Of a stretch of 64,000 nucleotides of DNA, positions 60,647-64,000 are shown in pieces. Source of the stretch: a virus; the IMG/VR virus record IMGVR_UViG_3300025701_000007, positions 1 to 64,000 of that record. One strand, written 5' to 3'. The number at the start of each line of letters is the position of its first letter. The first letter of the stretch is position 1. The translations under genes and the position numbers were made by a program. The notes below the pieces were generated by a model. That model was not told the DNA's origin and did not search any database. It saw only the letters and a list, made by a program, of their open reading frames with translations.

Positions 60647-63096
60647 TGAAAAAAGAAGATTTATTGAATAAAATTAAAGAGACTATTAAACTTAATGAAT
60701 CTGTTTCAGTTGCATCAACATTAGGGGTACCAGGTAGTCCTACATACGGTGGGTTCATAGGACCTTTAAGTATGATAAACAAAAAGAAATTAAATAGTAG
60801 ATTATTTTACACTTGGGCCGACAAGAATGTTAAAAATTCTGACGGTGTGGGTACTGTAGTTGAACCACCACAAGGTTACGTTAGTGAACACATATACAAT
60901 GCTGAAGGTGGTATGGTTACCGAAGGTGATTTAATTGAATGGTTTGGTGGTGATTTAAAACAAGGTACTGCCTTTAATGGTGGTAAGATTGTTAGTATCG
61001 AACCAAAATGTATGGCATTCCCATATTGCTCACAAGGTGCCACGGATAAACCAATAAAACTTATAGGTGAAACCAAAGAAGATATGTGTGATAGTTGCTA
61101 TGATTATTGTAAACACATAGGTGATCAAAGCGACAATACACCAGAGCATATAGCTAAATTAATTAGAGAAAATTATTTAGGTGAAGCAAAAGAATTAGGT
61201 TTAGATGAAGAATCTAAAGAAAATGTAAAAGAATTAGATGAGTCGATAGAACTCAAAGACACTTTAATAGAAGAGTCAAAAGATATCAATAATAATATAT
61301 TAGAAAATACCGATAAAATGGAGAATGTAAAATTAACGGCTGAAATGGCATCTAAATGCATGGAAAGCATAATGGAAAATAAAGAGTTGGCCGAATGTAT
61401 GTATGAAACTCTTATAAAAGAAGGGTTCTTACCAGAAACCATAGAAGAAGGTGAAACTTACGAAAGTGAGTGTAAAAACATGATGGAGGATTCTGATATA
61501 TGTTTAGAGATGGTTAAATCTTGTATGACTAGTGTTGACGAGAGTGAGTGTACTAATGAGATGCAGGGTTATATAACAGAATACTGTAAGGGTACATCTG
61601 AAGGACCTATTGAAGATAACGCTAAAGCTGTTATTAATGAAAAGGGTGAAGATAGATATACATTCTTTGGTAACTTAGAGCAAATGAGAAGACAATCTGA
61701 TATATTATTAGCTCTTGACGAATCAAAAATACAAGAGTTATTAGATAACGGGCATGATTGGGCTCAAGACCACATCGCTACATCTAAAGAGAGTATGGAC
61801 CAGGTATTTGATTTCATCATGAATGAAATGGAAACTCCAGAGACTACTGAACCAGAAATGGATAAAATGGATCTTGAAGAATTATCACCATCGGATATAG
61901 TAAACTCTATGAGAGAGGAAAATGAGGAAGTTAGTGTTAAATCAGATTCGCAGCAATATGAAACTGAATTGAGACAATTTAACCAATTTATGAACACTGT
62001 TGAGGGTAACCTTAATACGGTTGGTAAAATTTTATCACCAGACACTATTAAAGATATGTTCAACAACTACTTTAGAGGTTTTGAGTCTAGCAAAGAAGCT
62101 AACGCTGATGAGTTTATAGACTTCATACAAAAAGGTGGTGAAGAGAATCACTTAGAGTATTATGATAGAATTTTCTCTAAGGGACCTAACCAAAGTATCT
62201 TAATGTTATTAACTTCTCCAGCAAAAAGAGGTTTCTTAGATAAGAGTGGTTTAGATAGAGAAGATAAATTATTAGATGCATTAGACTCATTAGATAGCCT
62301 AGAATCTAGAATCTCAAAGAAGCGAAATTTCATATCCGATTACATGGATAGAAAAGATAGTAAAGAGATGGATAAATCTGATACTGATACTGATTTTTCT
62401 GATGAAAAAGAACCTTCTATGAAAGATCTAAAGAATATCGAAAAAATGGGTAACCTAGATATCGATAGCGATGAAGACTTTCTATCAGAAGCTGAGTTAG
62501 CGAAGTTTACACCTATAAAAGGTAAATTCGTTGATTCTGAAAATGATACTAATTCTAAAAAAGAAAATACTGAAGGTATTGAAGACGCTGAAGATTCTCA
62601 AGAATCTACAGAAGAGAAAGTAGATGATTTAAAAAATCAGAAATTTTCACCTAACATGGAAACCGAATCTGAAAAAGAGGCTAAAGAATCATCTTTAGGT
62701 TATAAAAACGCTTTGAATTTAGATTACGATAACGAACCTAGTGAGGAATACAAAGATAGAGTTGAAATGGAGGTTAAAACTGGACACTCTTTAAAAAGAG
62801 ATGAAAAGACCTTAGGAGCCGAAGCTAACATAGATAATGAAAGTGAGGCTGGTGAAAAAATATGGGACGCATCTAAAGAAAACCAAGAGAACGCTGATAA
62901 AGATTACACTTCTAAACCTGTATCTGTAGAAGACGAGGAAGAAAAAGAGGGTAGTAATAAAATCAATGAGGAATTGGATAAGATGAAGAAAATGTTTTCT
63001 TACGACCAAAGCGTTATCGATGTAGAGAGAAAAACTAGATTAGTTAACGAAAACGATATATTCATTACTAATGTTAGTAAGAAGAAAATGTTATAA
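60646..63096 (+). CDS. Large acidic multi-module protein, putative prohead core/internal polyprotein
   Basis: 816 aa, D/E-rich, Cys-rich segments, many (I/L/V)xE sites, C-terminal INEELDKMKKMFSY helix. Confidence 0.5.
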   Translation: MKKEDLLNKIKETIKLNESVSVASTLGVPGSPTYGGFIGPLSMINKKKLNSRLFYTWADKNVKNSDGVGTVVEPPQGYVSEHIYNAEGGMVTEGDLIEWFGGDLKQGTAFNGGKIVSIEPKCMAFPYCSQGATDKPIKLIGETKEDMCDSCYDYCKHIGDQSDNTPEHIAKLIRENYLGEAKELGLDEESKENVKELDESIELKDTLIEESKDINNNILENTDKMENVKLTAEMASKCMESIMENKELAECMYETLIKEGFLPETIEEGETYESECKNMMEDSDICLEMVKSCMTSVDESECTNEMQGYITEYCKGTSEGPIEDNAKAVINEKGEDRYTFFGNLEQMRRQSDILLALDESKIQELLDNGHDWAQDHIATSKESMDQVFDFIMNEMETPETTEPEMDKMDLEELSPSDIVNSMREENEEVSVKSDSQQYETELRQFNQFMNTVEGNLNTVGKILSPDTIKDMFNNYFRGFESSKEANADEFIDFIQKGGEENHLEYYDRIFSKGPNQSILMLLTSPAKRGFLDKSGLDREDKLLDALDSLDSLESRISKKRNFISDYMDRKDSKEMDKSDTDTDFSDEKEPSMKDLKNIEKMGNLDIDSDEDFLSEAELAKFTPIKGKFVDSENDTNSKKENTEGIEDAEDSQESTEEKVDDLKNQKFSPNMETESEKEAKESSLGYKNALNLDYDNEPSEEYKDRVEMEVKTGHSLKRDEKTLGAEANIDNESEAGEKIWDASKENQENADKDYTSKPVSVEDEEEKEGSNKINEELDKMKKMFSYDQSVIDVERKTRLVNENDIFITNVSKKKML

Positions 63097-63120
63097 ATAA
63101 TAATTTAAATATAAACATTA

Positions 63121-63154
63121 AAATAAGGACTTCTTACTAAAGAGGTCCTTATTT
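63121..63154. terminator. Hairpin, possible bidirectional terminator
   Basis: aaataaggac (63121-30) pairs with gtccttattt (63145-54), extended by ttct/agag. Confidence 0.65.
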
Positions 63155-63161
63155 ATTATAT

Positions 63162-63635
63162 ATGAACAATAACAGGTTACATAAACTAATGGATTACTTC
63201 TCCAAAGAACTTAGCTCGGAACAAATAAGTTATTTAAACGCTATCAACAATATAACCTCCGATAGATCCGACCTGTTTAAAGAATTTGCAACTTCTCTAA
63301 CGTATATAATTACCGACACTTACTTAGGTGATGACACCATATTCGATGAAGAAACTAAGTTAGTCCACTTCAACTGGTGCTGGGATACCAACATAAAGAA
63401 TTTTAAGGAAGAAAATATTTGTATACAATCCAAGGGTGAGCATTACTATTATTTTTTAAATTATTTTGATGATGTATTTTATGACAACCCTAAAAAGAAT
63501 GGCGAATTAACTGAGAGATTAATATATTCCTGGGAAGAATCTATAAATATAGATAGACCAAAGACCAAATCTGATTACGATCTATTCTGTGAGATATTTA
63601 AGACTATAGACAAATATTTTTTGAAGAATCATTGA
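63162..63635 (+). CDS. Hypothetical protein
   Basis: 157 aa ORF, aromatic-rich and predicted helical. Confidence 0.7.
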   Translation: MNNNRLHKLMDYFSKELSSEQISYLNAINNITSDRSDLFKEFATSLTYIITDTYLGDDTIFDEETKLVHFNWCWDTNIKNFKEENICIQSKGEHYYYFLNYFDDVFYDNPKKNGELTERLIYSWEESINIDRPKTKSDYDLFCEIFKTIDKYFLKNH

Positions 63636-63662
63636 TAATACGAGATATTATCACTACTTTTA
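63631..63662 (+). promoter_or_regulatory. ATTG-N20-TACTTTTA promoter-like element
   Basis: Same -7-like octamer and spacing as at 46742-46772; 12 nt before the ATG at 63675. Confidence 0.45.
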
Positions 63663-63674
63663 TAAAAAAAACAT

Positions 63675-63884
63675 ATGGAAGTAGTTATATCATTATTAAA
63701 TAAGTTAACCTTACTATTATTAATACTATCAGTATTAGTGGTAATTAGACATGTATTCCTTTTATTTAGGAATGTCATTAGTTCCGAACCAAAAAAGTAC
63801 ACTTTAACTAAATCAGAGTTAATCTATTTAGGTTTATCGATTTCCTACACAATAACATGTGTTATAAAAGGTATTATATTATGA
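63675..63884 (+). CDS. Small two-TM membrane protein
   Basis: 69 aa with two hydrophobic helices. Confidence 0.65.
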   Translation: MEVVISLLNKLTLLLLILSVLVVIRHVFLLFRNVISSEPKKYTLTKSELIYLGLSISYTITCVIKGIIL

Positions 63885-64000
63885 GATTAGATCAAATGTT
63901 CGAAAAGTACCCAGAGAACCTTATAGGTTTTAGGGTAAACAAAGGGGTTAAAATTATTGATTATTGGTTAAACCCGAAATGGAATATACTAGATGAGTAT
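63881..64000 (+). CDS. Hypothetical protein, 3' truncated
   Basis: ATGA overlap; reads MRLDQMFEKYPENLIGFRVNKG... open to the window end. Confidence 0.6.
   Translation, partial: MRLDQMFEKYPENLIGFRVNKGVKIIDYWLNPKWNILDEY

Noticed and set aside
1264-63009. All other minus-strand ORFs and short nested plus-strand ORFs (e.g. 16637, 45239) in the track
   Set aside because: They lie inside long + strand genes, have shadow-type S/L/F/I composition and lack independent expression signals.
1-64000. Stop-codon reassignment as in some Bacteroidota jumbo phages
   Set aside because: Multi-kb ORFs are intact under the standard code; the two broken genes are frameshifts, not in-frame stops.
1-64000. tRNA genes, CRISPR array, inteins/introns, transposases
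   Set aside because: Intergenic gaps are short and AT-rich with no cloverleaf or repeat-spacer pattern; helicase, RecA and NrdAB have normal lengths.

Overview
AT-rich, gene-dense segment of a large T4-like (myovirus, probably jumbo) phage genome. All credible genes are on the + strand and read in the standard code. Host is inferred to be Bacteroidota from TTTG-N20-TAnnTTTG promoters, A-rich starts without Shine-Dalgarno, an SSB ending in DDLPF, a short RpoD-like sigma factor and a DUF6576-like domain. Layout: baseplate/hub/tail-lysin block (1-14.5 kb); small late genes (14.5-15.8 kb); replication block with gp32-like SSB, RecA/UvsX, 5' nuclease, DnaB-like helicase and nrdB/nrdA (15.9-24.3 kb); second baseplate/tail operon ending in a RuvC-like resolvase (24.4-49.5 kb); primase, degenerate PD-(D/E)XK nuclease, Mre11/Rad50 and sigma factor (49.6-56.3 kb); late block of membrane proteins, an ArdC-like protein, a degenerate amidase and acidic putative head proteins (56.3-63.1 kb). 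Most notable observations: (1) a circularly permuted M23 peptidase fused to a tail lysozyme; (2) a putative capsid-cargo system in which (I/L)xE-tagged proteins, including an ArdC-like antirestriction protein with a T4 internal-protein-like leader, may be packaged and processed; (3) a [ST]G[ST]T motif enriched in virion proteins; (4) two apparent pseudoenzymes; (5) three promoter classes; (6) single-base indels splitting ruvC and primase. All family assignments come from motif recognition by eye; no database searches were run. No tRNA, rRNA, CRISPR array or mobile element was recognised.
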